This document shows, piece by piece, positions 44,863 to 56,518 of a stretch of 64,000 nucleotides of DNA (positions are counted from its first letter, which is position 1; each line of letters begins with the position of its first letter). The notes below the pieces were generated by a model. That model saw nothing but the letters and a program-made list of their open reading frames with translations. It was not told where the DNA came from and searched no databases. The position numbers were made by a program, and so were the translations under genes. Location of the stretch: positions 336,073 to 400,072 of the forward strand of contig SZPJ01000003.1 of the NCBI GenBank assembly GCA_030263685.1. Reading direction: 5' to 3'. Source of the stretch: Chloroflexi bacterium CFX3 (GTDB taxonomy: Bacteria > Chloroflexota > Anaerolineae > Aggregatilineales > UBA2796).

Positions 44863-45345
44863 CTATGCCCAATCCGCAATGCGCTGCGTCTTAATCTTCT
44901 CGTGCAGTGTCATGATGCCGTGAATGAGTTGCTCCGGGCGTGGTGGGCAGCCTGCCACATAGACATCTACCGGCACGATCTCATCCACGCCTTGCACGAT
45001 GGCATAGTTGTTAAAGATGCCGCCGCATGAAGCGCAATCGCCCATCGAGATCACATACTTAGGATCGGGCATTTGGTCGTAGAGCTGGCGCAGCACCGGC
45101 GCCATTTTCCGCGTGACGCGCCCTGCCACAATCATCAAGTCGCTCTGGCGCGGCGATGGGCGCATCAGCTCCATGCCAAAGCGCGAAAGGTCGTACACCG
45201 ATGCCTGCGTACTCATCATTTCAATCGCACAGCACGCCAAACCAAACAGCATGGGCCACATGCTCTTGGTGCGTCCCCAGTTGATGGCTGCTTCCAGTGT
45301 GGTGGTCACCACACCCAGATTGCCCAGTTTGCCCGCTACTCCCAT
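44863..45345 (-). CDS. nuoB: NADH-quinone oxidoreductase subunit B
   Basis: '[10 protein letters not shown]', 'GDCASCGG' and 'GCPPRPE' are the 4Fe-4S N2 cluster motifs. Confidence 0.9.
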   Translation of the reverse strand: MGVAGKLGNLGVVTTTLEAAINWGRTKSMWPMLFGLACCAIEMMSTQASVYDLSRFGMELMRPSPRQSDLMIVAGRVTRKMAPVLRQLYDQMPDPKYVISMGDCASCGGIFNNYAIVQGVDEIVPVDVYVAGCPPRPEQLIHGIMTLHEKIKTQRIADWA

Positions 45346-45692
45346 TCCAAGGCTCCCTTACGCCAAGCGTAATAATGTCCAATTTCCAGCACGATAATGA
45401 ACACCAACATCGCCAAGAATGCTGCAAAGCCAACCTCGCGCACGACGACGGCGAAAGGTAGGAAGAACATCACCTCAATATCAAACAGGATGAACAGCAC
45501 CGCCACCAAGTAAAACTTGATCGGCAACCGCCGCATTGCGGGACCAATTGCCACCATGCCGCTTTCGTATGGCTCTAGTTTGCGTGCCGTTGGGCGAAAC
45601 GGACCCAAAATACGCGAAATGAACACCACAATGATGCCGACAACGGTCGTGATAAGCAGGAGTATAGCGACAGGCGCGTATTGATCTAACAC
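45336..45692 (-). CDS. nuoA: NADH-quinone oxidoreductase subunit A
   Basis: 118 aa and three TM helices. 'KLEPYESGM' is the NuoA/ND3 motif. Confidence 0.9.
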   Translation of the reverse strand: MLDQYAPVAILLLITTVVGIIVVFISRILGPFRPTARKLEPYESGMVAIGPAMRRLPIKFYLVAVLFILFDIEVMFFLPFAVVVREVGFAAFLAMLVFIIVLEIGHYYAWRKGALEWE

Positions 45693-45918
45693 AGCGTCTT
45701 CACCTCATAGGTTGGCTAACCGAGCATATTTGAGAAAAATAGAACAATCTCTATAATAAGCATAACATGCGTGAAAAAAAAAGCAAACCGCATTTTCACT
45801 TCTGCCAATTTTATCCCAAAGCGCCGATCTGAACAACACGCCCTTCATGCCCAAATGTGTGGTAGACTTTAGCGCAATTTGGAAAAACGTGCTGCAAGCG
45901 CGTGCTGAGGCGTAAACA

Positions 45919-47151
45919 ATGATTAGAATGCTGCACTTTGCCGATTTTCACTTGGGCATGGAAAACTATGGGCGCGTGGATGCCGAAAGCGGCTTGAACA
46001 GCCGTGTGCGCGACTTTCTGAAGCGCCTTGATGAGGTTTTTCACTACGCACGCCACAATGAGGTTGATCTGGTCGTCTTTGCGGGCGATGCCTTCAAGAA
46101 CCGCACACCCAACCCAACCTTACAGCGTGAATTTGCACGGCGCATCCGCCAAATGAGTGATTATTGCCCCGTCGTGCTGTTGGTTGGCAACCACGATTTG
46201 GCAGCCACCGTCACCCGCGCTTCTAGCCTAGAGATTTACGATACGCTGGCGGTGCCGGGCGTTGTGCTAGGCGATGACTATAACTTGCACACCATCCCGA
46301 CCAAAAGCGGCACCGCTTATATCGGCACTGCGCCTTATCCTGTCAAAGCGCGCATCCTTGATGACAAGGAAGCGTACACGCGCACTGTGCAAGAGGCGGA
46401 TGATTATTTCAAGCTCACCATCAGCCAAATGCTGACGGAACTGGCTGATAAAGCGCGCCAAGCACCTGATGGTGCGCCGCGTGTGCTGGTTGGGCATTTC
46501 ACAGTTGGCGGCGCACGCTTTGGCAGTGAGCGCGAGGTAATGCTCGGCAGCGATGTGATGGTCTCGCTTGGCGATCTGGACGATTCGGCGTGGGACTATG
46601 TGGCGCTTGGGCATATTCACAAGCACCAGTGCCTGACCAACGGCAAGCGCACGCCAATTGTCTACAGCGGCAGCCTAGAGCGCATAGACTTTGGCGAGGA
46701 AGGCGAGCCGAAAGGTTTCTGCTGGGTGGAATTGGAACGCGGGCAGACGCGCTGGCGGTTCCAAACGGTTGGCAGTCGTCCCTTTCTGACCTTGCGCGCC
46801 GATTTGCGTGAAAGCCCTGATCCGATGGGTGAAGCGCTGAACGTTATCTACCGTGCAGATGTTGAGGGCGCTATCGTGCGGATGTACCTTCAACTGGATG
46901 CCGAAGATGAAGGGCGTGTGGAAAGCCGCCGCCTCTACGCTGCCCTGTATGAGCGTGGCGCGAATATGGTCACCACAATTAAGAAGGAGATCGCACGTGA
47001 AGATCGAGCGCGTTTAGGCGATTTGCCCGAAAGCCTAACGCCGCTTCAGTTGGTAGAACGCTATTTTGCAGCACGTGGCACCAGCCGCGAACGCACCGAG
47101 CAATTATTAGAGCGCGCCAAGAGCATTTTTGAACAAGCCGACTGGTCATAA
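45919..47151 (+). CDS. SbcD/Mre11-family metallophosphoesterase (DNA-repair exonuclease)
   Basis: 'MLHFADFHLG', 'VVFAGDAFKNRTP' and 'LLVGNHD' are calcineurin-like phosphoesterase motifs in the SbcD arrangement. No sbcC gene is adjacent. Confidence 0.75.
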   Translation: MIRMLHFADFHLGMENYGRVDAESGLNSRVRDFLKRLDEVFHYARHNEVDLVVFAGDAFKNRTPNPTLQREFARRIRQMSDYCPVVLLVGNHDLAATVTRASSLEIYDTLAVPGVVLGDDYNLHTIPTKSGTAYIGTAPYPVKARILDDKEAYTRTVQEADDYFKLTISQMLTELADKARQAPDGAPRVLVGHFTVGGARFGSEREVMLGSDVMVSLGDLDDSAWDYVALGHIHKHQCLTNGKRTPIVYSGSLERIDFGEEGEPKGFCWVELERGQTRWRFQTVGSRPFLTLRADLRESPDPMGEALNVIYRADVEGAIVRMYLQLDAEDEGRVESRRLYAALYERGANMVTTIKKEIAREDRARLGDLPESLTPLQLVERYFAARGTSRERTEQLLERAKSIFEQADWS

Positions 47152-47161
47152 CGCCTAAACG

Positions 47162-48796
47162 ATGCGCCGCACACTGCCGCCTTCACGCCTGATCGTCCTC
47201 GCCCTGATGCTATTTGCCTTCTTGGCGGCAGCGCACATTAGCCGTGCCGTTCTGGAGCGCCTGCCACGCCTTGAAGATGAGTTTGCCTACCTGTATCAGG
47301 CGCGGATTTTTGCCGGTGGGCAGGCATGGGTCGAACGGCAAGAGCCTGTCAAAGTCTTTTGGCAGCCCTTCCTCTTACAGCCAGAAGAAACGCCGGATGG
47401 CGTTTATCGGCGCTTTGGCAAATATACGCCAGGCTGGTCGCTGGTGCTGACGCTTGGCGTGTGGCTTGAGCAAGAATGGCTGATCAACGCCTTCCTTGCC
47501 ATGCTGAACGTCGGGCTAATTTACCGTTTGGGGCGCGAAATTTTCGATGAGGCGGTTGGTGTGGTCGCGGCACTGCTCTTGGCAATCAGCCCGACGGCAC
47601 TCATCTTAAACGCCACGCTGATGAGCCACACGTGGGCGCTTTTTGCCGCCTTAGGCTTTGCCTACGCCTATTGGCGCACCACACGACATGGGCGCGGGCT
47701 GTATGTCTGGGCAGCCTGTGGCGGCGTGCTGATTGGCGCGCTAATTTGCACGCGCCCACTGACTGCCTTGGCGATAGCCTCGCCCGTGGCGCTGCATGTG
47801 TTGTGGCGTCTATTCAGCGAGCGGCGGCACTTTCGCCGTAATCTCTCGGCGTGGGCGCTGATGGCAGCCTGTGCGCTGCCGGTGGCAAGCCTGTGGTTAT
47901 TCTTCAACTATCAATGGACGGGCAATCCGTTTGCGAACACTTACACCATGTATTGGGCGTATGATAAGGTTGGCTTTGGTGAAGGCTATGGGCTGAATCG
48001 CGGTGGGCATACGCTTACATGGGGCTGGCGCAACATGCGTGCCGATCTTGCCTTCTGGTTTCGGGATACGTTTGGGATCACGCTCCACACAGAGGTTGAG
48101 CAGTATCTGCGGCAAAACTTAGGCTATGGCATTGGCGTTGGTCTGAGCTGGCTGCCGATAGCCTTTGGCTTGTTGGCAGGGCGCAAGCAACTGTGGATAT
48201 GGCTCACTTTCGGTTTCTTCGCGGCGTTGGTGGTGAGCGGCTTGTTCTACTGGATCGGGTCATCGGTGCATGGTGGCGCGGTCTACAGCGTGCGTTACTA
48301 TTATGAAGGCATTTTCGGCGCGTGCCTTGTGGCTGCTTATGGTGTGGTGGCATGGCTGCGGACTCTGCCTGAGCGCTGGGTCGGCTATCTGGTGCTGAGC
48401 GTTGCCTGCGCCGCCAGCCTGATCGGATACACGCCTGCCCGTCTGCGCGAACCGCTGCCGCCCAACTGGGAAAACGGCTTGTACGGCTTCAACAACATCA
48501 GCCGCGCCCAACTGTCTGCCATAGATGCGCTGCGCGCTCAGCTTGGCGCACCTGATCAACCTGTTTTGATCATTGTGCTGAAACGCGAGGATGCCAGCGA
48601 TAATTGGCGCAATTATGGCGCAACCCTTGCCGCCACTGATCCGTACTTGAAAAGTGATATAATTGTGGCAAGAGTTTTCGATGCCCAAGAAGCGCCCGCT
48701 TTTGTGAGACGCTTTTCCGAGCGATTGGTGTTATATCAGGTAGGTGCAGTAGTGTATGCATCCTTAGCAGAAGCATTGGCTGAAATTGCTGAATGA
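47162..48796 (+). CDS. GT-C-fold glycosyltransferase (GT39/PMT_2 / ArnT-like)
   Basis: An N-terminal TM is followed by the periplasmic-loop 'EDEFAYLYQARIF' acidic motif, and about 12 TM segments over 544 aa. Confidence 0.65.
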   Translation: MRRTLPPSRLIVLALMLFAFLAAAHISRAVLERLPRLEDEFAYLYQARIFAGGQAWVERQEPVKVFWQPFLLQPEETPDGVYRRFGKYTPGWSLVLTLGVWLEQEWLINAFLAMLNVGLIYRLGREIFDEAVGVVAALLLAISPTALILNATLMSHTWALFAALGFAYAYWRTTRHGRGLYVWAACGGVLIGALICTRPLTALAIASPVALHVLWRLFSERRHFRRNLSAWALMAACALPVASLWLFFNYQWTGNPFANTYTMYWAYDKVGFGEGYGLNRGGHTLTWGWRNMRADLAFWFRDTFGITLHTEVEQYLRQNLGYGIGVGLSWLPIAFGLLAGRKQLWIWLTFGFFAALVVSGLFYWIGSSVHGGAVYSVRYYYEGIFGACLVAAYGVVAWLRTLPERWVGYLVLSVACAASLIGYTPARLREPLPPNWENGLYGFNNISRAQLSAIDALRAQLGAPDQPVLIIVLKREDASDNWRNYGATLAATDPYLKSDIIVARVFDAQEAPAFVRRFSERLVLYQVGAVVYASLAEALAEIAE

Positions 48797-48853
48797 TGCA
48801 CCTTGCGCCACCCATGACCTGCCAGAAAGTTTTTAAGAAGGCTACCCTGACCC

Positions 48854-49285
48854 ATGAGCGCGCTACCATTCAGGCAAGAAAAACCCGATCCCAACCGCAC
48901 GCGCATTTTGAAGCTGTTCAATGTGCCGTTTACGCTTGATCCTTATCATGACCGCTTGATCTCGCAGGGCTATGAAGTGGCGAACACTTCTACCTATGCC
49001 GAGGCACTCAACTATGCCCATGAACGCCAGCCCGCGCTCATCATCGTTTATGATGAGACAGACAGCGGCATTGATGCCTTAGAATGGCTGCGCTTACAGC
49101 ATACAGATCGCTTTAGCTGGATGGCAACCACACCCTTGATCATCTTGGCAGATGCCGTGCGTGTGGATATGCTTAAGCATGAAGAACTGCCAGAGCGTGT
49201 GATCGTGCTTCAGCGCCGTGCCGATACGCTCAACCATCTGACGCGCATCGTCAACCACCTTTTGCGCGGCGGTATGCAAGGCTGA
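48854..49285 (+). CDS. Receiver (REC)-like single-domain protein, probably atypical or pseudo-receiver
   Basis: A CheY-like α/β layout ('LIIVYDETDSGIDALEWLR', 'PLIILAD'). The acidic pocket and the conserved Lys are not canonical. Confidence 0.45.
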   Translation: MSALPFRQEKPDPNRTRILKLFNVPFTLDPYHDRLISQGYEVANTSTYAEALNYAHERQPALIIVYDETDSGIDALEWLRLQHTDRFSWMATTPLIILADAVRVDMLKHEELPERVIVLQRRADTLNHLTRIVNHLLRGGMQG

Positions 49286-49319
49286 TCATGCAGGCGGCGC
49301 ATCCTTTAAGATAGGCATT

Positions 49320-51344
49320 ATGTCCATTTTAACCACCACAGGGCTAGGCAAAGCATTCGGCGCAGAGGATATTTTCGGCGGCGTCAGTGTGGAGATTCCA
49401 CACGGCGCCAAGATCGCCTTGGTCGGTCCCAACGGCGCCGGCAAAACAACGCTCATCCGCATTCTGATCGGCATGGAAGAGGCCAGCAGCGGCACGGTTA
49501 GCCATATGCGCGGCTTGCGGATCGGCTTCCTGCCGCAGCGCCCTGAATTGGTGAGCGACCGTCCTTTGTGGGATGAAATGCTGACCGCTTTTGACGATCT
49601 GCGCCGCCTTGAGGCAAACCTGCTCGAAATGGCGCACCAGATCAGTGAAACGCCAAATGATGCCGACCTGCTGGAGCGCTACGGCGCGGCGCAGCACGCC
49701 TTTGAGGCAGGCGGCGGCTACGACTATGAGACGCGCATCAAGCAGGTTTTGCAGGGCTTGGGCTTTGATGCCGACGATTACCAAAAATCGCTCACCATCC
49801 TGAGCGGTGGGCAGAAAACACGCGCTTTTCTTGCCAAGCTGCTGCTGCAATCGCCTGATTTGCTTGTGCTAGACGAACCAACCAATCACCTTGATATTCA
49901 AGCGGTGGAATGGCTGGAGACCTACCTGAATACATGGCAAGGTGCGCTCTTGGTGGTCAGCCATGATCGCTATTTCATGGATCGCGTCGTCAACACCATT
50001 TGGGAGATGAACTGGGGCAGGCTAGAGACTTACAGCGGCAACTACAGCGCCTATTTGCAGCAACGCCAAGAGCGCTGGGAATATCATCTAAGGCTCTTTG
50101 AGACTGAGAAAGAACGCCTGCTCAGCGAGTTGGATTTCATCAAGCGCAACATCATCCGCGATAGCACCAACGCACGCGCCGTCGGCAAGCTGCGGATTTT
50201 GAGCCGCGAATTGGCGGCCATTGAGCAGCTTGGCTTGGTTGCCTATAAAAACGCAAAGAGTTGGTCGGCAACGGGCGTCGGCGGTGTGCGCCTGTATACC
50301 GTCGCAGAGGCGGAAGCCTCCATCAAGGCGCTCAAGCCGTCCAGCGTGCGCCCGCGTGAGGTGCGAATGCGCCTGAACCTGAAAAGCGGCGGACGCAGCG
50401 GCGATAAGGTGCTGATGACGCAGGATTTGGTGGTTGGCTATACGGCTGACGAGCCACTGCTGCGCGTGCCTGATCTGACGCTCTTTCGCGGTGAGGTGGC
50501 AGCCATCATCGGACCGAACGGCGTCGGCAAATCTACCTTCCTCAAGACGCTGCTCGGCACGCTCAATCCGCTGGCAGGCGAGAGCAAACTCGGCGCGCAG
50601 GTCAAGATCGGTTACTTTGCACAGGCGCACGAGTCGCTGCACGATGAGCGCACCGTGATGGATGAGATTTTCAGCGTGCGCGATATGCCGATCAGCCAAG
50701 CGCGGGACTATCTGGCAAATTTCCTGTTCACGGGCGATGATGTCTTCCGCACCGTTGGGACGCTCAGCGGCGGTGAGCGCGGGCGTGTGGCGTTGGCAAA
50801 ACTGGCGCTTGGCGGCGCAAACCTGCTGCTGCTGGATGAGCCGACCAATCACCTTGATATTCCTGCCCAAGAAGTGCTGCAAGACATGCTGGCACAATTT
50901 GAGGGGACGATTCTGCTAGTCAGCCATGATCGCTATCTGATCAATGCGCTTGCCACACAGATTTGGGCGGCAAGCGCCGGTAAGCTGGACGTTTTCGTGG
51001 GTGATTACAGCGCCTACCTTGCTGAGCGTGAGGCGGCAAAGCTGGCACTGGCTGCTGCAAGCGCCGCGGCACGCCAAGAACGCAAGGCGCAGCAACCCAA
51101 CAACGGCAAGCCCAACGGCAACAAAAGCGGCGGACTCTCGCCGCGTGAGCGTGAACGGCGCGTCGCACAAGTTGAGGCGAGCATCCATCAGTTGGAGGCA
51201 GACCTTGCCCAGATTGAAGCAGATTTGGCAACTGCCAGCGCCAACGGCGAGGTTGACCGTGTGCGTGCGCTTGGCGAGGCATATACTGCCACCCAAACTG
51301 CCCTTGAAGCGCACATGAGCGAGTGGGAAACCTTGTTCGCCTAG
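49320..51344 (+). CDS. ABC-F family ATPase (two NBDs, no TMD; Uup/EttA-like) with a C-terminal coiled coil
   Basis: Two Walker A motifs ('GPNGAGKTTL', 'GPNGVGKSTF'), two signature motifs ('LSGGQKTRA', 'LSGGERGRV') and an inter-domain linker, over 674 aa. Confidence 0.85.
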   Translation: MSILTTTGLGKAFGAEDIFGGVSVEIPHGAKIALVGPNGAGKTTLIRILIGMEEASSGTVSHMRGLRIGFLPQRPELVSDRPLWDEMLTAFDDLRRLEANLLEMAHQISETPNDADLLERYGAAQHAFEAGGGYDYETRIKQVLQGLGFDADDYQKSLTILSGGQKTRAFLAKLLLQSPDLLVLDEPTNHLDIQAVEWLETYLNTWQGALLVVSHDRYFMDRVVNTIWEMNWGRLETYSGNYSAYLQQRQERWEYHLRLFETEKERLLSELDFIKRNIIRDSTNARAVGKLRILSRELAAIEQLGLVAYKNAKSWSATGVGGVRLYTVAEAEASIKALKPSSVRPREVRMRLNLKSGGRSGDKVLMTQDLVVGYTADEPLLRVPDLTLFRGEVAAIIGPNGVGKSTFLKTLLGTLNPLAGESKLGAQVKIGYFAQAHESLHDERTVMDEIFSVRDMPISQARDYLANFLFTGDDVFRTVGTLSGGERGRVALAKLALGGANLLLLDEPTNHLDIPAQEVLQDMLAQFEGTILLVSHDRYLINALATQIWAASAGKLDVFVGDYSAYLAEREAAKLALAAASAAARQERKAQQPNNGKPNGNKSGGLSPRERERRVAQVEASIHQLEADLAQIEADLATASANGEVDRVRALGEAYTATQTALEAHMSEWETLFA

Positions 51345-51395
51345 CGCCGTGCCGCTTAGCATACCCAGATTCACGTTTAGGAGATCATACAGTTC

Positions 51396-52109
51396 ATGAA
51401 GCAACTAACGCTTTTGGCTGCACTTGCCCTGCTCATTGGCGCGTGCAGCAATGTTCAAACCGTGCCAACCAACACACCCGTCATCCCGACGGCGCCTTCC
51501 AGCGCAGATTTTCGTCCCGTGGCTGTTGGTCAAGGGGCGTGCCTTGGCGTGGCAGATCCTGACTTTACGCCGCCTGCCAACCGTCCAACCACGTTGACGG
51601 CGCCCGAAGATCAGAAGATTGATACCAGCAAGACGTACTGCGCCATCCTGACCACTGAGAAAGGGCGCATTGTCATTCAGCTCTACCCACAGGTTGCGCC
51701 GCAGCACGTTAATTCGTTTGTCTACCTAGCGCGCATTGGCTACTACGATAACACCACCTTCCACCGCGTGATCCCGGGCTTTGTGGCGCAAGGCGGCGAT
51801 CCGACAGGGCGCGGCGATGGCGGACCTGACTACCGCCTGCCGCTTGAAGTCAGCCCATTGGTCAGCTATGATCGCGTTGGCGTGCTGGGCATGGCGCGCA
51901 CCAATGATCCGAACTCAGCCGGCAGCCAGTTTTTTATCACCTACGCACCGCAGCCAAACTTGAACCCAAGCGCCCAGAGTGCCGGCTACACCATCTTTGG
52001 GCAAGTGGTGGAAGGCATGGATGTGGCAGAACGCATTACGCCACGCGATCCAAGCCCTAGTGCGCCCACTGGTGACCGCTTGATCTCCGTTCGGATTGTA
52101 GAGCGCTAA
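51396..52109 (+). CDS. Cyclophilin-type peptidyl-prolyl cis-trans isomerase, lipoprotein
   Basis: Lipobox 'LLIGAC'. 'FHRVIPGFVAQGGDPTGRGDGGP' is the cyclophilin core. Confidence 0.85.
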   Translation: MKQLTLLAALALLIGACSNVQTVPTNTPVIPTAPSSADFRPVAVGQGACLGVADPDFTPPANRPTTLTAPEDQKIDTSKTYCAILTTEKGRIVIQLYPQVAPQHVNSFVYLARIGYYDNTTFHRVIPGFVAQGGDPTGRGDGGPDYRLPLEVSPLVSYDRVGVLGMARTNDPNSAGSQFFITYAPQPNLNPSAQSAGYTIFGQVVEGMDVAERITPRDPSPSAPTGDRLISVRIVER

Positions 52110-52133
52110 AGATTCGGGAAAGGCGCGCAGCGT

Positions 52134-53198
52134 ATGACGCTCATCTTCGGCATTGAAACATCCTGTGATGAGACGGCGGCGGCAGTCGTAGAGGCGGCGG
52201 CGGATGGTAAGCTGCGCCTGCGCGCCAACGTGGTTGCCTCTCAGGTAGAGATGCACCGCAAGTATGGCGGTGTCTTTCCTGAGGTGGCAGCCCGAATGCA
52301 CATCGAGACCATTCACGCCGTAGCACGTGAGGCACTGACGGCAGCCGACGTGCAGCCTGCCGATCTGAGTGCGGTTGCCGTCACGCATGGTCCCGGCTTG
52401 GCAGGCTCGCTGCTGGTTGGTGTGAACTTTGCCAAAGGCTTAGCACTGATGTGGGATAAGCCGCTGATCGGCATCAACCATTTAGAAGGGCATCTGTACA
52501 GCCTGTGGCTGAGCGAACACGCCGACTCGCTGCGCTTTCCGTCGGTGTGTCTGTTGGTCAGCGGCGGACACACTGAACTGATCCTGGTGCGCGGTCACGG
52601 CGAGTATACACTGCTCGGCAGCACATTAGACGATGCCGCCGGTGAAGCGTTTGACAAGGTGGCGCGCTTGCTGGGTTTAGGTTATCCCGGTGGACCTGCT
52701 ATTGAACGCACGGCACGGGAAGGCGATCCGAATGCCTATCCATTTACGCTCTCTGATCTGGGTGCAGAACGTCCGTATGCCTTCAGCTTTAGCGGCATTA
52801 AAACCGCGGTGATGCGCGCTGTGCAGCCACAGCCTGCCTATGGCAAGCGCGTGCGCGGTGAGGAATCGCTGCGGGCGGGCAATCTGCGCGAAGGCGTGAA
52901 CATTGCGGATGCGGCTGCCAGCTTTCAGGCGGCGGCGGCTGAGATGTTGGTCGCGCCGACTCTGCGTGCCGCACGCGATCATGGTGCGGCAGCCATTTGG
53001 TTAGCGGGCGGCGTCAGCGCCAATACCTACCTGCGCCAGCAGCTTGTGGCGCGCACCGATCTGCCTGTTTATGCGCCACCACTGGCACTCTGCACGGATA
53101 ATGCAGCTATGATCGCTGCTGCGGGCTGTTTCCGCTACGCCGCGGGGCAACGCGACTCGCTGGCGCTGGATGTGTTGCCAATGCTTGCTTTGGTCTGA
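52134..53198 (+). CDS. tsaD: tRNA N6-adenosine threonylcarbamoyltransferase
   Basis: 'IFGIETSCDETAAAVV', 'HLEGHLYS' and 'VSGGHTEL' are Kae1/TsaD motifs. Confidence 0.9.
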   Translation: MTLIFGIETSCDETAAAVVEAAADGKLRLRANVVASQVEMHRKYGGVFPEVAARMHIETIHAVAREALTAADVQPADLSAVAVTHGPGLAGSLLVGVNFAKGLALMWDKPLIGINHLEGHLYSLWLSEHADSLRFPSVCLLVSGGHTELILVRGHGEYTLLGSTLDDAAGEAFDKVARLLGLGYPGGPAIERTAREGDPNAYPFTLSDLGAERPYAFSFSGIKTAVMRAVQPQPAYGKRVRGEESLRAGNLREGVNIADAAASFQAAAAEMLVAPTLRAARDHGAAAIWLAGGVSANTYLRQQLVARTDLPVYAPPLALCTDNAAMIAAAGCFRYAAGQRDSLALDVLPMLALV

Positions 53199-53286
53199 TC
53201 CGCCCTGCACGCGCTACGTTTGTTGAATCTATCGGTTTGTGGTTAGAATAGCCCTAAGTTTTAACCCTACTTGAATAGGTTTTACA

Positions 53287-55476
<2,190 letters not shown>

Positions 55477-55510
55477 CCTAAGGGCGGTCTGTGTGCCGCC
55501 CTTTTTATGG

Positions 55511-56449
55511 CTAATAGACGTACTGATTCTCTAATTCTTCGCGCAAGCGCAGGTAGCTATCATAGCGGTCCGCGGCGATCTCGCCACGTGCTACAGCGGC
55601 GCGTATGGCGCACTCTGCCTCGTTGATATGCGTGCAATCGCTGAATGGGCAGGCTGGAATAAGCGGCACAAATTCAGGGAAGTAGGCGTCTAGCTCATTT
55701 GGTTCAATGTCCCACAAGCCCAAGCCGCGAATGCCGGGCGTATCCGCCACGTAGCCGCCGTCCGCTAAAGGAATCATCTCGGCGTAGTTGGTGGTGTGCT
55801 TGCCCTTGGTCAGCTTAGCGCTTACCTCACCCACCGCACGCCCTAAGTTCGGCTGAATGGCGTTCAGCAGGCTGCTCTTGCCCACGCCGGAACGCCCTGT
55901 GAAAATAGAGATTTTGCCCATGAGCGTTTGATGCAGCAGCGCTAGTCCGATGTTTGCCGCTGCACTGGTGTAAAGGACGGGATAGCCGATGCGCTCATAA
56001 GTGGCAAAGAGCGCTTTTGCCGCCTCTGCGCCTTCCAAATCAATCTTATTCAGCACGACGACGGCGGGAATAGCTGCTTTTTCGGCTGCGATTAGGCAAC
56101 GGTCTAAAAAGCGTGTGTTCGGGGCAGGGTTAGCAGCAGAACTGACAAAAACAGCCTGATCGCAGTTGGCGATCAGCACTTGTTCACGTTCGGTGGCGGT
56201 GCCGGCATACTCGCTCGGCTCGATGCGCGAAAGTGCCCGTTGGCGCGGCAAAACCTGCTTGATGACGCCGCTGCCATCGGTTAGACGTTCGATGATCACC
56301 TTATCACCGATCACACAGAGTTCGGTTCTTTTGCTGGCCTGCTTCAACGTGCCGCGCAGTTGGCAGGTAATCAGATCAGAAGTGGTTTGTACCCAGTAGA
56401 ATCCGCTTTGTGTCTTTACGACAAGGCCTGGCTCTTCTTGTTTTTGCAT
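55511..56449 (-). CDS. rsgA: Ribosome small-subunit-dependent GTPase A
   Basis: The circularly permuted GTPase 'VVVLNKIDL...GRSGVGKSSLLNAI' and the C-terminal Zn-finger 'CPFSDCTHINEAECAI'. Confidence 0.85.
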   Translation of the reverse strand: MQKQEEPGLVVKTQSGFYWVQTTSDLITCQLRGTLKQASKRTELCVIGDKVIIERLTDGSGVIKQVLPRQRALSRIEPSEYAGTATEREQVLIANCDQAVFVSSAANPAPNTRFLDRCLIAAEKAAIPAVVVLNKIDLEGAEAAKALFATYERIGYPVLYTSAAANIGLALLHQTLMGKISIFTGRSGVGKSSLLNAIQPNLGRAVGEVSAKLTKGKHTTNYAEMIPLADGGYVADTPGIRGLGLWDIEPNELDAYFPEFVPLIPACPFSDCTHINEAECAIRAAVARGEIAADRYDSYLRLREELENQYVY

Positions 56450-56518
56450 ACACCTGTTGTACTTATCTATGCGATATATGGCATAGTAGCACGACTTTGG
56501 TTAGGCGGCAAGCCGCAT

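Noticed and set aside
45811-46056. 81-aa - strand ORF in the nuoA/sbcD intergenic region
   Set aside because: It overlaps the well-supported SbcD-like start and lies in an AT-rich divergent promoter region. It has no RBS or conservation features.
50088-50897. 269-aa - strand ORF
   Set aside because: It is antisense to the ABC-F gene, which has unambiguous Walker/signature motifs.
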